Source: a bacterium (GTDB lineage: Bacteria > Patescibacteriota > Microgenomatia > JAADGY01). From it: DNA of 49,216 bases. The position numbers were made by a program, and so were the translations under genes. The DNA lies in the NCBI GenBank assembly GCA_027028625.1, contig JALVIH010000052.1, positions 1 to 49,216 of the forward strand, written 5' to 3'. This document shows positions 1 to 9,895 of the stretch, in pieces (positions within the stretch are counted from its first letter, which is position 1; each line of letters starts with the position of its first letter). The notes beneath the pieces were generated by a model that was given only the letters and a program-made list of their open reading frames with translations, was not told the DNA's origin and ran no database searches.

Positions 1-1
1 G

Positions 2-1357
2 ATGTATAAAGGAAAAAAGGTACTGGTAGTTGGCTTAGGCCGCTTTGGCGGTGGGGTAGGGGTAATTAAATACCTAGCAGCTAAAGGAGCTAAGCTCCGG
101 ATAACTGACCTTAAGGATGAAAAAGAGCTCTCATCCAGCCTGGAAAAAATAAAGAATATTCCGGCTGAGTATGTTCTTGGCCGCCACCGTCTGCAAGACA
201 TTGAATGGGCTGAGGTTATTGTCTTCAACCCTGCCGTCCCTCCCCATTCCTCTTTTTTTCAAGCCGCCCTTAGATCAGGAAAAAAACTAGAAACTGAAAT
301 CAACCTACTTTTTCAAGTTACACCGGCTAAGATTATCGGAGTTAGCGGAACAAATGGTAAAGCTACTGTTAGCGGTTTGATCACAGAGATGCTCCGCCAA
401 AAGTACGGCCGAGAAAAAGTGCTCCTAGGTGGAAATATGGGCATCTCCCTTCTTGATAAAGGAGAAAAGTTGACTACCAATCATATTATCGTTTTAGAGC
501 TCTCCAGCTTTCAGCTTAATCGCCTAGCTTGGACTAAAAAATCACCCTCCGTAAGCATTCTTACCAACATCACCCCTGACCATTTGGAGTGGCATCTGTC
601 TTTTGAAAAATACCAACAAGATAAACTCAACCTCTTCCGCTATCAAACTAAAGATGATTTAGCTATAGTTAACCTTTACGACCCAGTTAGTTCGAAATTG
701 CTCACTAACTGGCCTTTTTCTTCTCGAGCTGTCTACTTAGGCAGCCAAGAAACCAAAATTCTTAACCCAACCACTTTTCTTATCCAAGGGGAAAAATTCT
801 CCCTTCCTGAACACCGACTTATCGGCCAGCACAACTTAATTAATCTCCTCCAAGCCAGCTTAACAGCAAGGCTCTTAGGAGTTAGTTTTTCTCAAATCGC
901 AGCTGGAATTCAGCAGTTCCGACCTCCGGAACACGCCCTAGAATATGTGGCCAAAATTAAAGGAGTAACCTTCATTAATGATTCCGAAGCTAGTAACCAA
1001 GACGCAGCTATTAAAGGATTGCTCTCATTTCCCAAGAAGAAGATAATTCTAATTGCCGGCGGTTATGATAAAGGTGTTGATCTTTCTGAGTTCGCTAAGT
1101 TAATCAATCAACGAGTTAAGTTCACCTTCCTCATCGGCCAAACAGCAGACAAGCTCAGTTCTCTTCTTGAGAGGGAGGATTATCACTACCACAGAAAGAT
1201 TAAAACTCTCGAGGAAGCTGTTAAATTAGCTGCGGAAAAAGCCCAAGAGGGAGATTACGTTCTTCTTTCCCCAGCGGCTTCAAGTTATGATATGTTTAAG
1301 AATTTAGAGGAACGAGGAAGTTTATTCAAAAGATATGTCCATCAACTGGCGAGGTAG
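2..1357 (+). CDS. murD: UDP-N-acetylmuramoyl-L-alanine--D-glutamate ligase
   Basis: N-terminal GLGRFG, GTNGK P-loop, ELSSFQL, NITPDHL, LLSPAASSYDMF motifs; dcw context. Confidence 0.95.
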   Translation: MYKGKKVLVVGLGRFGGGVGVIKYLAAKGAKLRITDLKDEKELSSSLEKIKNIPAEYVLGRHRLQDIEWAEVIVFNPAVPPHSSFFQAALRSGKKLETEINLLFQVTPAKIIGVSGTNGKATVSGLITEMLRQKYGREKVLLGGNMGISLLDKGEKLTTNHIIVLELSSFQLNRLAWTKKSPSVSILTNITPDHLEWHLSFEKYQQDKLNLFRYQTKDDLAIVNLYDPVSSKLLTNWPFSSRAVYLGSQETKILNPTTFLIQGEKFSLPEHRLIGQHNLINLLQASLTARLLGVSFSQIAAGIQQFRPPEHALEYVAKIKGVTFINDSEASNQDAAIKGLLSFPKKKIILIAGGYDKGVDLSEFAKLINQRVKFTFLIGQTADKLSSLLEREDYHYHRKIKTLEEAVKLAAEKAQEGDYVLLSPAASSYDMFKNLEERGSLFKRYVHQLAR

Positions 1358-2405
1358 ATTAAATCCAACGGCTAACCTCTGGTTCTGGCCTTTAATCTGG
1401 TCAGTCAGTGGCCTTTTTTTTATCTTTGAGTCTTCTGTCATTACTGCTAGCCGCCGTTTTGCTAACCCTTATTTTTACCTCCGCCAACAGCTCATCTGGT
1501 TTATTATCTCCTTAATTACTTATTTAATAGTCAAAAAAATAAACTGGGCTTTCTGGGAAAAAGTAGCCTTCCCTTTATTTTTCTTTAATCTTTTTCTCTT
1601 GGTTCTGGTTTTTATCCCCCCATTTGGCGTTAAGATCGGTGGAGCCCACCGTTGGCTTAATCTAGGAATAACCACTTTCCAGCCTTCAGAACTCCTTAAG
1701 TTAAGTTCTCTTCTTTATTTAAGTACTTGGCTATCCCTCAAACCACGGTCTTTTAGCCAGTTTTTCTTCTTTATCTCCATCATTTCCGGCCTTTTAATTC
1801 TTGAACCTGATATGGGGACCCTAATCCTCATCGTAACCACTCTTTCTCTAGTTTTCTTTATTTACAAACCAGAACTAAAACCTTTCCTTAAATTTTCTCT
1901 CTTTCTCACTCTTATTAGTCTTCTCCTTATTATTACCAGTCCTTATCGCCGCCAAAGGCTAATGACTCTCCTAAAACCCTATCAGGACAAGTTAGGTAGC
2001 TCTTACCAACTTAACCAAATAATCATCGCCTTAGGGAGAGGGGGTCTTTGGGGACAAGGTCTGGGAGGCTCGAAACAACGTTACTTTTTTCTTCCCGCTT
2101 CCCATACCGACGCCATCTTTGCCGTCATCGGTGAAGAAACAGGTTTCCTCGGCAGCAGTCTTCTTCTTTTCAGCTACCTTCTCTTTCTTGGCCAGCTTTT
2201 AAGGGCAGCAACTGCCAAGCCGCTAGGGAGTAAAAGGCTATTTCTAATCGGCGTTGGAATCCTTATTGCTCTTCAAGCCATCATTAATATAGGGGGAATG
2301 ATAGCCCTTTTACCCTTAACCGGGATTACTCTCCCTTTTATTTCCTACGGTGGATCTTCTCTTTTTACCCTTTGGCTCCTAATAGCTCTGGCCAGCAGCC
2401 CTTAA
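1335..2405 (+). CDS. ftsW: SEDS family peptidoglycan polymerase FtsW
   Basis: Multi-TM; GAHRWL, FQPSELLK, EPDMGT, HTDAIFAVIGEE, LPFISYGGSS motifs; follows murD. Confidence 0.92.
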   Translation: MSINWRGRLNPTANLWFWPLIWSVSGLFFIFESSVITASRRFANPYFYLRQQLIWFIISLITYLIVKKINWAFWEKVAFPLFFFNLFLLVLVFIPPFGVKIGGAHRWLNLGITTFQPSELLKLSSLLYLSTWLSLKPRSFSQFFFFISIISGLLILEPDMGTLILIVTTLSLVFFIYKPELKPFLKFSLFLTLISLLLIITSPYRRQRLMTLLKPYQDKLGSSYQLNQIIIALGRGGLWGQGLGGSKQRYFFLPASHTDAIFAVIGEETGFLGSSLLLFSYLLFLGQLLRAATAKPLGSKRLFLIGVGILIALQAIINIGGMIALLPLTGITLPFISYGGSSLFTLWLLIALASSP

Positions 2406-2409
2406 AAAA

Positions 2410-3225
2410 TCAACGCCAACTAACAAGCTTTTCTCCCCGCCAGTCCAACAAGAGAGGGTAGGGTTGAGATAAGGAATCTAAAAATTGGCGAAAAGAAGAA
2501 GGCTGGGGAAAGCTATTTTTGGCTAGAAGATAAACAATCTTTCTTTGTCCGTCATTTACTAAGACATTATTTCCTAAAATGAAGACTTTATAGGTTGAGC
2601 TAAAATTAGGATCAAACTCCTTCAACCAATTAAACACTTCCCAAGCTAGTTGGTACTCATTCTCTCCCAAGCTGTAAGAACTAAAAACAACAGTTGACTG
2701 ACCAACCCTTAATACTCGAGGAATACTCACTAACTTATTTTGAGAAAGATCAAAGATCAAAAGATAGGGCCGTTTTAGTTTTAGGTGTTGCCAAGCTTGA
2801 CGGTTAAGTTGATACCAGTCAGCCAGAACTCGGGGCTGGCGATATTTTAGATCAACCAGATAAAAATAGGCCTTGTTATTCAAGAAACGGCAGCTCACTT
2901 CTAAAGTAGAAGGAAATTGCTTTTTTATTGAGACCACTTGCCACAGATAAAGAGGTTTAACTATCTTTTCCACCTCTGGGCGGCTGACAAAAAGGAGAGG
3001 AGAATCCTTTAAACTAGACTCAATCAACTCAGCCATAAATTTAGTTTTATCTTCACTTATTCCTTGGCACTCCACCTTCTTTACTTTCCAGCTATTCAGA
3101 ACCAAACCAAGAGCTGCAAAAAGAAGAAAAAAGAGAAAAAGAATCTTTAAATTAACTAACCAGCTCAGCAACCGCCGCCGGCTTTTGGAAACCCCAGTCG
3201 AAAAAGATTTAAAAAAAATCTTCAT
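2410..3225 (-). CDS. ftsQ: Divergent FtsQ/DivIB-like cell division protein
   Basis: Single N-terminal TM, then a POTRA-like segment (VKKVECQG...VSIKKQFPSTLEV) and C-terminal LDWR resembling the FtsQ D.R motif; overlaps murG. Confidence 0.65.
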   Translation of the reverse strand: MKIFFKSFSTGVSKSRRRLLSWLVNLKILFLFFLLFAALGLVLNSWKVKKVECQGISEDKTKFMAELIESSLKDSPLLFVSRPEVEKIVKPLYLWQVVSIKKQFPSTLEVSCRFLNNKAYFYLVDLKYRQPRVLADWYQLNRQAWQHLKLKRPYLLIFDLSQNKLVSIPRVLRVGQSTVVFSSYSLGENEYQLAWEVFNWLKEFDPNFSSTYKVFILGNNVLVNDGQRKIVYLLAKNSFPQPSSFRQFLDSLSQPYPLLLDWRGEKLVSWR

Positions 3226-4331
3226 TTTTTAAGATAGGGCTTTAATTGTTCTATTATCCTCTTTTGAGCATCTAAAATGAGGGGGTATCTTTTAAGATCT
3301 CTCTTTTCCCCTTGATGCAAGAAGGTTTCTAACTCTTTTTTAAATTTCCCTCCGTCTATCTCATCTTCATCTAAAAGACGGGCGACACCTATCTCAACCA
3401 AGAAGCGAGCATTCTCTACCTGCTCATTTCGAGGGACAAACTTGGCCGGAATAACTAAGGCCGGCTTAGCCAACAAGGCTAACTCATAGCTGGTGTGAGC
3501 TCCACTGCGGCTAACAATAAGATCAGCTTGTGCATAAGCCGAAGCCATTACCTCGTCATCAAGATAAGGGTAAACTAAGTATTCAGTGGGGTACTTCTTA
3601 TTTTTAATCAGCCGCTCCCTTAGTTGAGAAAAAAAACGGTAATCGCCGGTCTTTTCAGTTCTACCAGTTTGGTGAACAAGGTTGAAGTGAGAAAGAATAA
3701 AATCTAAATTATCTCTAATGAGGAGATTAATAAAGTGAGAACCTTGCTTACCAGCAGTAACTAAAAGGGTAGGGTAAGTGGTCTTCTTGATAAGAGGAGG
3801 AAATTTTCTTTTTTCCTGAATAAGATCTAAAAAAGCCGGCCGCAGGGGTAGGCCGGTATAAACTGTTTTTTTAGGATTGTAAGGATAATTAGTCGGCCAG
3901 CTGACAAAAATTTTCTTAGCTAAAAACGACAGCCAATAATTTGCCCGACCAGCAATTCGAGTTTGCTCATGAATAAAGAAAGGTACTCTATCAAAAAAAG
4001 AAGCTAGGGCGGGCAAAACCATTAAATAACCTCCAAAACCCAAAAGAAGGTCTATTTTTTCCTTTCGCCACTGATGATAAAATGGCAACCAGGCTTTAAT
4101 GAGGCGGGCCCCATAAACAAAAGGACTCAGATGAAAAAAACGAGGAACCTGAAGGGGGATAAACTTTATACCAGCAGCAGTAACTTGGCGATACTCCTCA
4201 GAATCTGTTTTGTCCCCAGTCATCGAGTGGCGATGGCCGAACCAGACTATGGTATGCCCTTGGCGTTGAAGTTCTTTAGCCACCACCAATGCTCCAGTGT
4301 GATGTCCGCCGGTAAAACCAATCCGTGCCAT
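3222..4331 (-). CDS. murG: Lipid II GlcNAc transferase MurG
   Basis: TGGH, GFGGY, HEQ, TGLPLR, GKQGS, SRSGA, EQVENA motifs. Confidence 0.95.
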   Translation of the reverse strand: MARIGFTGGHHTGALVVAKELQRQGHTIVWFGHRHSMTGDKTDSEEYRQVTAAGIKFIPLQVPRFFHLSPFVYGARLIKAWLPFYHQWRKEKIDLLLGFGGYLMVLPALASFFDRVPFFIHEQTRIAGRANYWLSFLAKKIFVSWPTNYPYNPKKTVYTGLPLRPAFLDLIQEKRKFPPLIKKTTYPTLLVTAGKQGSHFINLLIRDNLDFILSHFNLVHQTGRTEKTGDYRFFSQLRERLIKNKKYPTEYLVYPYLDDEVMASAYAQADLIVSRSGAHTSYELALLAKPALVIPAKFVPRNEQVENARFLVEIGVARLLDEDEIDGGKFKKELETFLHQGEKRDLKRYPLILDAQKRIIEQLKPYLKK

Positions 4332-4336
4332 AACTC

Positions 4337-4342
4337 ATTATA
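4337..4342 (-). promoter_or_regulatory. -10 box (TATAAT) 5 nt upstream of the murG ATG
   Basis: ATTATA on + strand at 4337-4342; CAT at 4329-4331. Confidence 0.6.
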
Positions 4343-4344
4343 AA

Positions 4345-4525
4345 GGAATTGGAACTTAGAGCTTGGAACTCGGATCTCAGTTTGTTAATGAGTCATTCTG
4401 AGTGTTAACGAAAAAACTAGTGCAACGTTCTTATCTGAGATTTGGTCATTGGAAATTTTTTGTACCTTGGAATTTGATAATTGTAATTTTCTAACCTAGT
4501 TCCTAGTTCCAATTCCCTAGTTCCA
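4345..4525. repeat. Mosaic intergenic repeat patch (reverse module B/C, degenerate half of the GTCATTCTGAG element, TAGTTCC heptamers)
   Basis: GGAACTTAGAGCTTGGAACTCGGATCTCAGTTT resembles the reverse complement of the 12763-12800 module; CCTAGTTCCTAGTTCC is the reverse of the 22213 heptamer run. Confidence 0.75.
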
Positions 4526-4534
4526 TCATCCTCT

Positions 4535-4562
4535 TTGACAATTCCACGCCTAACTTTATAAT
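4535..4562 (+). promoter_or_regulatory. sigma70 promoter of ftsA (TTGACA-16-TATAAT), ATG 6 nt downstream
   Basis: Consensus hexamers at 4535-4540 and 4557-4562. Confidence 0.8.
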
Positions 4563-4568
4563 AAAAAT

Positions 4569-5870
4569 ATGGCTTACCAACACTACCTGGGAGCAATTGA
4601 TATCGGCTCCTCAAAAATAGCGGTTCTTATCGGCCAAACTAACGAAAGTTTTCCTGATCCTGAAGAGCCAATCCGCATTGTAGGAGCTGCTAAAGTAGCT
4701 AGTCAAGGAATCAAAAAGGGGCAGATAATCAACATTGAGGCTGCGGTCAACTCTATTATCCAAGCCTGGGAAGCAGCCGAAAGGATGGCTGGTTCAACCC
4801 TTAATTCAGTAACCGTAAACATCAACGGAACTCATATTGGTTCGCTTAACTCAAAAGGGGTGGTCGCTGTCTATCAACCTGAAGTAGAGATAACCAATCA
4901 GGATGTTGATCGGGTAATCGAAGCTGCTCGAGCTGTTTCTCTTCCCTCTTCTCAACAAATCATCCATGTTTGGCCAAGATTTTATACCATCGACAACCAA
5001 GAAGGAATTAAAGACCCCATTGGAATGAGCGGAGTTAGGTTAGAGGTAGATACTCATATTATCACCGCTTCTTCTACCGCCATCCGCAATCTAAGCAAAA
5101 GCATCCAAGATGCTGGTCTGGACGTCGATCAGATAGTCTTTTCCGGTTTAGCTTCTTCCTTAGCTGTTCTTAGCCCAACCGAAAAGGAGCTGGGAGTTGT
5201 TTTAGCTGACATTGGCGCTGACACTACCAACATCTGTATCTATGTGGAAGGGGCTATCTCCTACTCAGCGGTTATCCCTGTTGGCAGCCGACATATAACT
5301 AAAGACCTGGCTGCTGGTCTGAGGATAAGCTTAGAAGATGCCGAAAAACTTAAAATCTTCCTCAGTCAACTTTATATGAAACATCCCCAAAAAGAGAAGA
5401 GGGTAAAACTAGACCAAGAAATCGATGTCAGTAAACTTCACATCGAAGGTTTGAACCACCTTTCTTATAAGGGGGTAGTAAACGGGATTATTCAACCTCG
5501 TTTGGAGGAGATCTTCGAACTCATTCTCAGTAAAACTAAAGAAAGTGGTTTCATTGAAGACATCTCTGGTGGCTTAGTCATTACCGGCGGCGGGAGCCAA
5601 ACCATAGAGGTAGACAGAGTAGGAAAAAGAGTAACTGGCTGGAGTATAAAGAGAGCTAAACCTATCGGCATCAGTGGCCTTATTGACGATGTCCAGGAAC
5701 CAGAGTTTGCTACTGCAGTCGGGCTGCTCCGCTTTGCCCTTAACTCCAATCAGGAAAAAGGTGGCGAGTTGGGCTTAGACCTTAACTTCAACCGTTTCAT
5801 ACCTAATAAACTTAATCTTGGTCAAGCATCTCATAAACTTATTGAGTTGTTAAAAGGACTTTTACCATAG
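4569..5870 (+). CDS. ftsA: Cell division protein FtsA
   Basis: DIGSSKI, PIGMSGVRLE, DIGADTT, VITGGG, ATAVGLL motifs. Confidence 0.96.
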   Translation: MAYQHYLGAIDIGSSKIAVLIGQTNESFPDPEEPIRIVGAAKVASQGIKKGQIINIEAAVNSIIQAWEAAERMAGSTLNSVTVNINGTHIGSLNSKGVVAVYQPEVEITNQDVDRVIEAARAVSLPSSQQIIHVWPRFYTIDNQEGIKDPIGMSGVRLEVDTHIITASSTAIRNLSKSIQDAGLDVDQIVFSGLASSLAVLSPTEKELGVVLADIGADTTNICIYVEGAISYSAVIPVGSRHITKDLAAGLRISLEDAEKLKIFLSQLYMKHPQKEKRVKLDQEIDVSKLHIEGLNHLSYKGVVNGIIQPRLEEIFELILSKTKESGFIEDISGGLVITGGGSQTIEVDRVGKRVTGWSIKRAKPIGISGLIDDVQEPEFATAVGLLRFALNSNQEKGGELGLDLNFNRFIPNKLNLGQASHKLIELLKGLLP

Positions 5871-5926
5871 TACAATATAAAATAACTTTCTATGAATTTT
5901 ATAAACTTTTTAACCTTTAATTAACT

Positions 5927-6997
5927 ATGGCTCTAGTTAAACCAGCAGCAACCAGATTAGCCAAGATAAAAGTCATCGGAGTAGGCGGAGGTGGTGGGAA
6001 CGCTGTCAACAACATGGTTAAAGAAGAAAATATTGAGAGTGTTGATTTTGTGGCCGTCAATACAGATGCTCAAGCTCTACTTAACTCTCAAGCTCCGATT
6101 AAGGTTCAAATAGGTGAAGAACTAACTCGTGGCCTAGGCTCGGGAGCTAATCCCGAGATTGGAGCTAAAGCAGCTGAAGAGTCAAGAGATAAGATTCAGG
6201 ACATCGTTAGCAATACTGATATGGTTTTTATCACCGCTGGATTAGGAGGAGGAACCGGAACGGGAGCAGCCCCTATTATTGCTGAGGAAGCCAAAAAGGC
6301 AGGAGCTTTAACGGTGGCTATCGTTACTAAACCTTTTCTTTTTGAGGGCAGCCAACGAATGAGTGTCGCTCAAGAAGGAGCTGAATTACTAGCCGAAAAA
6401 GTAGATACTTTAATTACCATCCCTAATCAAAGGCTTCTGGAAACCGCTTCCAAAAACCTTACTTTTTTAGAGGCCTTCCGCTTGGCTGACTCGGTTCTCA
6501 CTCAAGGAGTTAAAGCTATCTCTGACCTCATAACCACACCAGGTTTGATTAATGTTGACTTCGCTGATGTCAAGACAATAATGACCAATGCTGGTTCGGC
6601 TCTGATGGGAGTAGGAACTGCTTCCGGGGAAGAACGTGCCATAAAAGCAGCCAAGATGGCTATCTCTTCACCGCTGCTAGAAGTATCCATCCAAGGAGCT
6701 AAGGGCATACTTTTCAATATCATCGGCCCAGAGGACTTAACGATGGAAGAGGTTTCTCAAGCTGCCCAGCTTATCTCTGAAACAGCAACGAAGGATGCCA
6801 ACATTATCTTCGGCGCCCGCATCGATCCTAACTTAATGGATAAAATTCAGATCAGCGTTATCGCCACTGGTTTTAACAATAGGCTTAACCGCCACAAAAC
6901 AGTCCAAAAAACACCTTCTCTTCCAGCAACTGGTTCTCCTGAGGAAGAACTGGAGGACGAGTTCGACATCCCTGCTTTTATGAGAAAAATCAAGTAA
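5927..6997 (+). CDS. ftsZ: Cell division protein FtsZ
   Basis: [10 protein letters not shown] tubulin signature, NVDFAD, C-terminal DIPAFMR peptide. Confidence 0.99.
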   Translation: MALVKPAATRLAKIKVIGVGGGGGNAVNNMVKEENIESVDFVAVNTDAQALLNSQAPIKVQIGEELTRGLGSGANPEIGAKAAEESRDKIQDIVSNTDMVFITAGLGGGTGTGAAPIIAEEAKKAGALTVAIVTKPFLFEGSQRMSVAQEGAELLAEKVDTLITIPNQRLLETASKNLTFLEAFRLADSVLTQGVKAISDLITTPGLINVDFADVKTIMTNAGSALMGVGTASGEERAIKAAKMAISSPLLEVSIQGAKGILFNIIGPEDLTMEEVSQAAQLISETATKDANIIFGARIDPNLMDKIQISVIATGFNNRLNRHKTVQKTPSLPATGSPEEELEDEFDIPAFMRKIK

Positions 6998-7042
6998 TAC
7001 TCTTCAAAATATACCTTTTGGTTCGAGGTCGAAGACAAAATT

Positions 7043-7071
7043 TTGACTTTAACAGCTCTTCTCCTTATAAT
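7043..7071 (+). promoter_or_regulatory. sigma70 promoter of ileS (TTGACT-17-TATAAT), ATG 6 nt downstream
   Basis: Hexamers at 7043-7048 and 7066-7071; ATG at 7078. Confidence 0.8.
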
Positions 7072-7077
7072 TTTCAT

Positions 7078-9894
7078 ATGACAAAAAAGAGTAATAATTT
7101 ACCAGCCAGGCCGAACTTAAACGAGCTAGAAGAGGAAGTTCTTCATTTTTGGCAAAAAGATAATACTTTTCAAAAAAGTATTAACCAACGGCCAGCCAGT
7201 AAAGAGTACGTCTTTTACGATGGTCCTCCTTTCGCCACTGGCTTGCCCCATTATGGCCACCTAGTTCAGAGCACTATAAAGGATATTGTCCCTCGTTATT
7301 GGACGATGCGAGGCTATCGGGTGGAACGCCGTTTTGGTTGGGACTGCCACGGGTTGCCAGTAGAGTACGAGCTGGAAAAAGAAAAAGGAATCAAAAACCG
7401 TCAAGATATCCTAAAATGGGGTATCGACAATTTTAATGAGGCCTGCCGCTCCATCGTTACCCGCTACGTTAATGAATGGCAAAAAATTATTCCTCGCCTT
7501 GGCCGCTGGGTCGACTTTAAAAATGACTACCGGACTATGGACCCCGACTATATGGAGTCAATCTGGTGGGTTTTCAAACAACTTTACCAGAAAGGGTTAA
7601 TCTATGAGGGCCACCGCCCAGCCCATATCTGTCCTCGCTGTGCTACTCCCTTGTCCAACTTTGAGGTCTCTCTGGGGTACGAAGACAAAACCGATATCTC
7701 AGTTTTCGTTAAATTTCCCCTTAGAGAAGGGAAAAACACCTACTTCATCGCCTGGACCACTACTCCTTGGACACTGCCAGCCAATATGCTCCTGGCCATA
7801 GACGAAAAAAACACTTACGTTAAGGTAAAAGTCGGAGATGAATTTTACATCTTAGCCAAAGAAAGGGTTGAGAAAGTTCTTAAAGATAAAAAGTATCAGC
7901 TTGTTGAAACCTACAAAGGGAAAGAATTAATTAACCAGCCTTATCAACCTCTCTATCAACCTAAAAACTTCCAACCAACTAACAAGGCCTACCGGGTGGT
8001 AGGGGCTGAGTTCGTTGATTTGGAAGAGGGGAGTGGAATTGTCCATGTTGCCCCTGCTTTTGGTGAGGATGATTTTTACCTTGGCCAGTCTCTGGGTTTG
8101 CCTCTTCTCCAACACATAACTATTACTGGAGAAGTCAAAGATCAACTCTTTCCTCAATGGAAAGGGTTAGATGTCTTTACTCTCAACCAAAAAGTAGTTG
8201 ATGACCTTGAAAAGCGTCAGCTACTTTTAGAAAAGGAAGAAATAACTCACTCTTATCCTCATTGTTGGCGGTGTGATACTCCTCTTCTTAACTACGCTAC
8301 TAAATCTTGGTTTGTTAAGGTGACAGCTATTAAAGATCTCTTAATCAAGAATAATCAGAAAATCCACTGGGTGCCCGGCCATATTAAGAATGGACGATTC
8401 GGCAAGTGGTTGGAAAATGTCCGCGACTGGGCCATTTCTCGCAATCGTTTCTGGGGAACTCCTTTACCAGTTTGGCGGGGAGAGAAAACCGGCAAAGTAG
8501 TGGTTATCGGCTCTCGCCAAGAACTAGAAGAACTTTCCGGACAAAAGGTAACCGACCTTCATCTGCATAAAATAAAAGATATCAGTTGGAAAGATAAGGA
8601 AACTGGAGAAAAAATGCACTTAATCGGTGATGTTCTCGATTGCTGGTTTGAGTCCGGCTCAATGCCTTACGCTTCTTTCCATTACCCCTTCGAGAATAAA
8701 AAGCGCTTCGAGAACCACTTTCCCGCCGATTTTATTGGTGAGGCCATTGACCAAACCCGAGGTTGGTTCTATACCCTTCATGTCCTAGCCAACGCTCTCT
8801 TCAAACGGCCAGCTTTTAAAAACTGTGTCACTACCGGGGTAGTCCTGGCCGCCGACGGCCAAAAAATGAGCAAATCAAAGAAAAATTACCCTGATCCAAT
8901 GAAAACCGTTCGCCACTATGGAGCTGATGCTCTCCGCTTTTACCTAGTAAATTCTCCTGTTGTCCGAGGCAAAGATCTCCGCTTTAATGAGAAAGATCTA
9001 ACCGAAATAAAAGAACGCCTCATCATTACCTACTGGAACAGCTTCAAGTACTATGTTACTTATGCTCATCTTCACCACTTTACTCCTTCAGCTAAACCTC
9101 CAGAATATAGCCAACTCTCCCTAATGAATCGCTGGATACTCAGCCGCTTGTATCAGTTCCAAAAGGAAGTTGACCAAGCAATGGAGGAGTACAAGCTTTA
9201 CCGAGCTACTCGGGCTATCCTTGAGTTCACTACCGACCTTTCCCAATGGTACATCCGTCGTATCCGAGACAATGTAGCTATCTGGCAAAAAGACAAAGAA
9301 CTGGTCCAACAAACTCTAGACACTCTTTACTGGACTTTGGTCCTTTACAGCCAGATAGTTGCTCCTTTTATTCCTTTCACCAGTGAGTTTGTTTACCAAT
9401 ATCTAACTAAAGAGGAATCAGTTCATTTAACTGACTGGCCAAAGCTTGATCCCCATTGGTCCCATCCTACTCTCCTCAAAGAAATGCAAACTATACGTCA
9501 GGTGGTTTCCCTCGGCCACAGCCAACGAAAGGAGAAGGGTATAAAAGTAAGACAACCTCTAGCCAAAGTCGAGGTAACCCTTCCTTTTAAGTTAAACGAG
9601 GAAAGCAAAAAGGTAATAGCCGCTGAGCTAAATGTTCTGGAAGTGATAAGTAAACAGGGGAAAAAGATTGAGGCAAAGTTAGACACCAAAATTACTCCTC
9701 AACTGGCCAAGGCTGGCCAAGCCAGAGACCTTATTCGTCAGATACAAAACCAACGGCGAAAACTCCATCTTCAGCCAACTGACAGAATAAAAGTATTCCT
9801 ACCAGAATGGCCAGCCGAGTATGAAGAGGAAATAAAGGAAAAAACTCTCGCCGACTCTCTTTCACAGGGAGAGTTTAAGGTAGAATTAAGCTAG
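7078..9894 (+). CDS. ileS: Isoleucine--tRNA ligase (IleRS2 type); start reassigned to ATG 7078
   Basis: DGPPFATGLPHYGH, GWDCHGLP, WTTTPWTLP, WAISRNRFWGTP, KMSKS; no C-terminal Zn finger. Confidence 0.96.
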   Translation: MTKKSNNLPARPNLNELEEEVLHFWQKDNTFQKSINQRPASKEYVFYDGPPFATGLPHYGHLVQSTIKDIVPRYWTMRGYRVERRFGWDCHGLPVEYELEKEKGIKNRQDILKWGIDNFNEACRSIVTRYVNEWQKIIPRLGRWVDFKNDYRTMDPDYMESIWWVFKQLYQKGLIYEGHRPAHICPRCATPLSNFEVSLGYEDKTDISVFVKFPLREGKNTYFIAWTTTPWTLPANMLLAIDEKNTYVKVKVGDEFYILAKERVEKVLKDKKYQLVETYKGKELINQPYQPLYQPKNFQPTNKAYRVVGAEFVDLEEGSGIVHVAPAFGEDDFYLGQSLGLPLLQHITITGEVKDQLFPQWKGLDVFTLNQKVVDDLEKRQLLLEKEEITHSYPHCWRCDTPLLNYATKSWFVKVTAIKDLLIKNNQKIHWVPGHIKNGRFGKWLENVRDWAISRNRFWGTPLPVWRGEKTGKVVVIGSRQELEELSGQKVTDLHLHKIKDISWKDKETGEKMHLIGDVLDCWFESGSMPYASFHYPFENKKRFENHFPADFIGEAIDQTRGWFYTLHVLANALFKRPAFKNCVTTGVVLAADGQKMSKSKKNYPDPMKTVRHYGADALRFYLVNSPVVRGKDLRFNEKDLTEIKERLIITYWNSFKYYVTYAHLHHFTPSAKPPEYSQLSLMNRWILSRLYQFQKEVDQAMEEYKLYRATRAILEFTTDLSQWYIRRIRDNVAIWQKDKELVQQTLDTLYWTLVLYSQIVAPFIPFTSEFVYQYLTKEESVHLTDWPKLDPHWSHPTLLKEMQTIRQVVSLGHSQRKEKGIKVRQPLAKVEVTLPFKLNEESKKVIAAELNVLEVISKQGKKIEAKLDTKITPQLAKAGQARDLIRQIQNQRRKLHLQPTDRIKVFLPEWPAEYEEEIKEKTLADSLSQGEFKVELS

Positions 9895-9895
9895 G

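Noticed and set aside
6998..7077. Ile leader peptide or N-terminal extension of ileS from 7018
   Set aside because: No Ile-rich uORF or U-tailed terminator; the promoter sits directly before ATG 7078.
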